From Chromera velia (Eukaryota): DNA of 49,258 nt. Positions 49,104 to 49,258 of this stretch are shown piece by piece. The stretch's first letter is position 1; each line of letters starts with the position of its first letter. The notes beneath the pieces were generated by a model, which was not told the origin of the DNA, did not search any database, and worked only from the letters and a program-made list of their open reading frames with translations. The stretch is from the NCBI GenBank assembly GCA_018398765.1, contig JAHBMJ010000365.1, forward strand, positions 1 to 49,258, given 5' to 3'. A program made the translations under genes and the position numbers.

Positions 49104-49258
49104 AAGGGAGAGAGAGAAAGAGAAAGAGAGAGAGAAAGAGAAAGAGAGAGAGAAAGAGAGAGAAAAAGAGAGAGGGAGGGAGGGAAGGAGGAAGGCTTGG
49201 GAGGAAGGGAGAAAAAGAGAGAGAAAAAGAAAGAGAAAGAGAGAGAGGGGGGGGGAGA
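48845..49258. repeat. Purine-rich (GA)n tract with internal direct repeats
   Basis: gagggacagggagagggagcta occurs twice. gagggaaggaggaaggcttgggaggaagggagaaa occurs at about 49003 and about 49180. Confidence 0.9.

Overview
Eukaryotic, intron-rich nuclear DNA, most likely from a myzozoan alveolate (apicomplexan relative, chrompodellid or early dinoflagellate-like). The taxon is inferred from a plasmepsin IX/X/ASP3-type protease, a DEVQ-type XPB, a single-domain EF-hand cation channel and frequent TGCATGCA. I reconstructed eight protein-coding genes by hand with frame-consistent GT-AG splicing: a receiver-like/Ser-Thr kinase fusion (+), F-actin capping protein alpha (-), PDCD2 (+), a signal-peptide FAD-oxidoreductase-like protein (-), a pepsin-family aspartyl protease (+), an intronless RING-H2 protein (-), TFIIH helicase XPB (+) and a single-domain voltage-gated channel (+). 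Most ORFs in the supplied track are intronic or microsatellite artefacts. Four patterns stand out. (1) AT/TpA-rich intergenic islands contain internal repeats that differ almost only by C>T/G>A changes, suggesting a RIP-like hypermutation process outside fungi. (2) The splice-donor code is unusual: about half of 63 introns start GTC, GTCAGT is the commonest donor, and +5 is always G. (3) Three head-to-head gene pairs have near-identical ATG-to-ATG gaps (677, 693 and 688 nt). (4) The kinase and channel genes share an upstream motif module. No tRNA, rRNA, CRISPR array or intact transposon was recognised. All gene models are unverified by transcript data.
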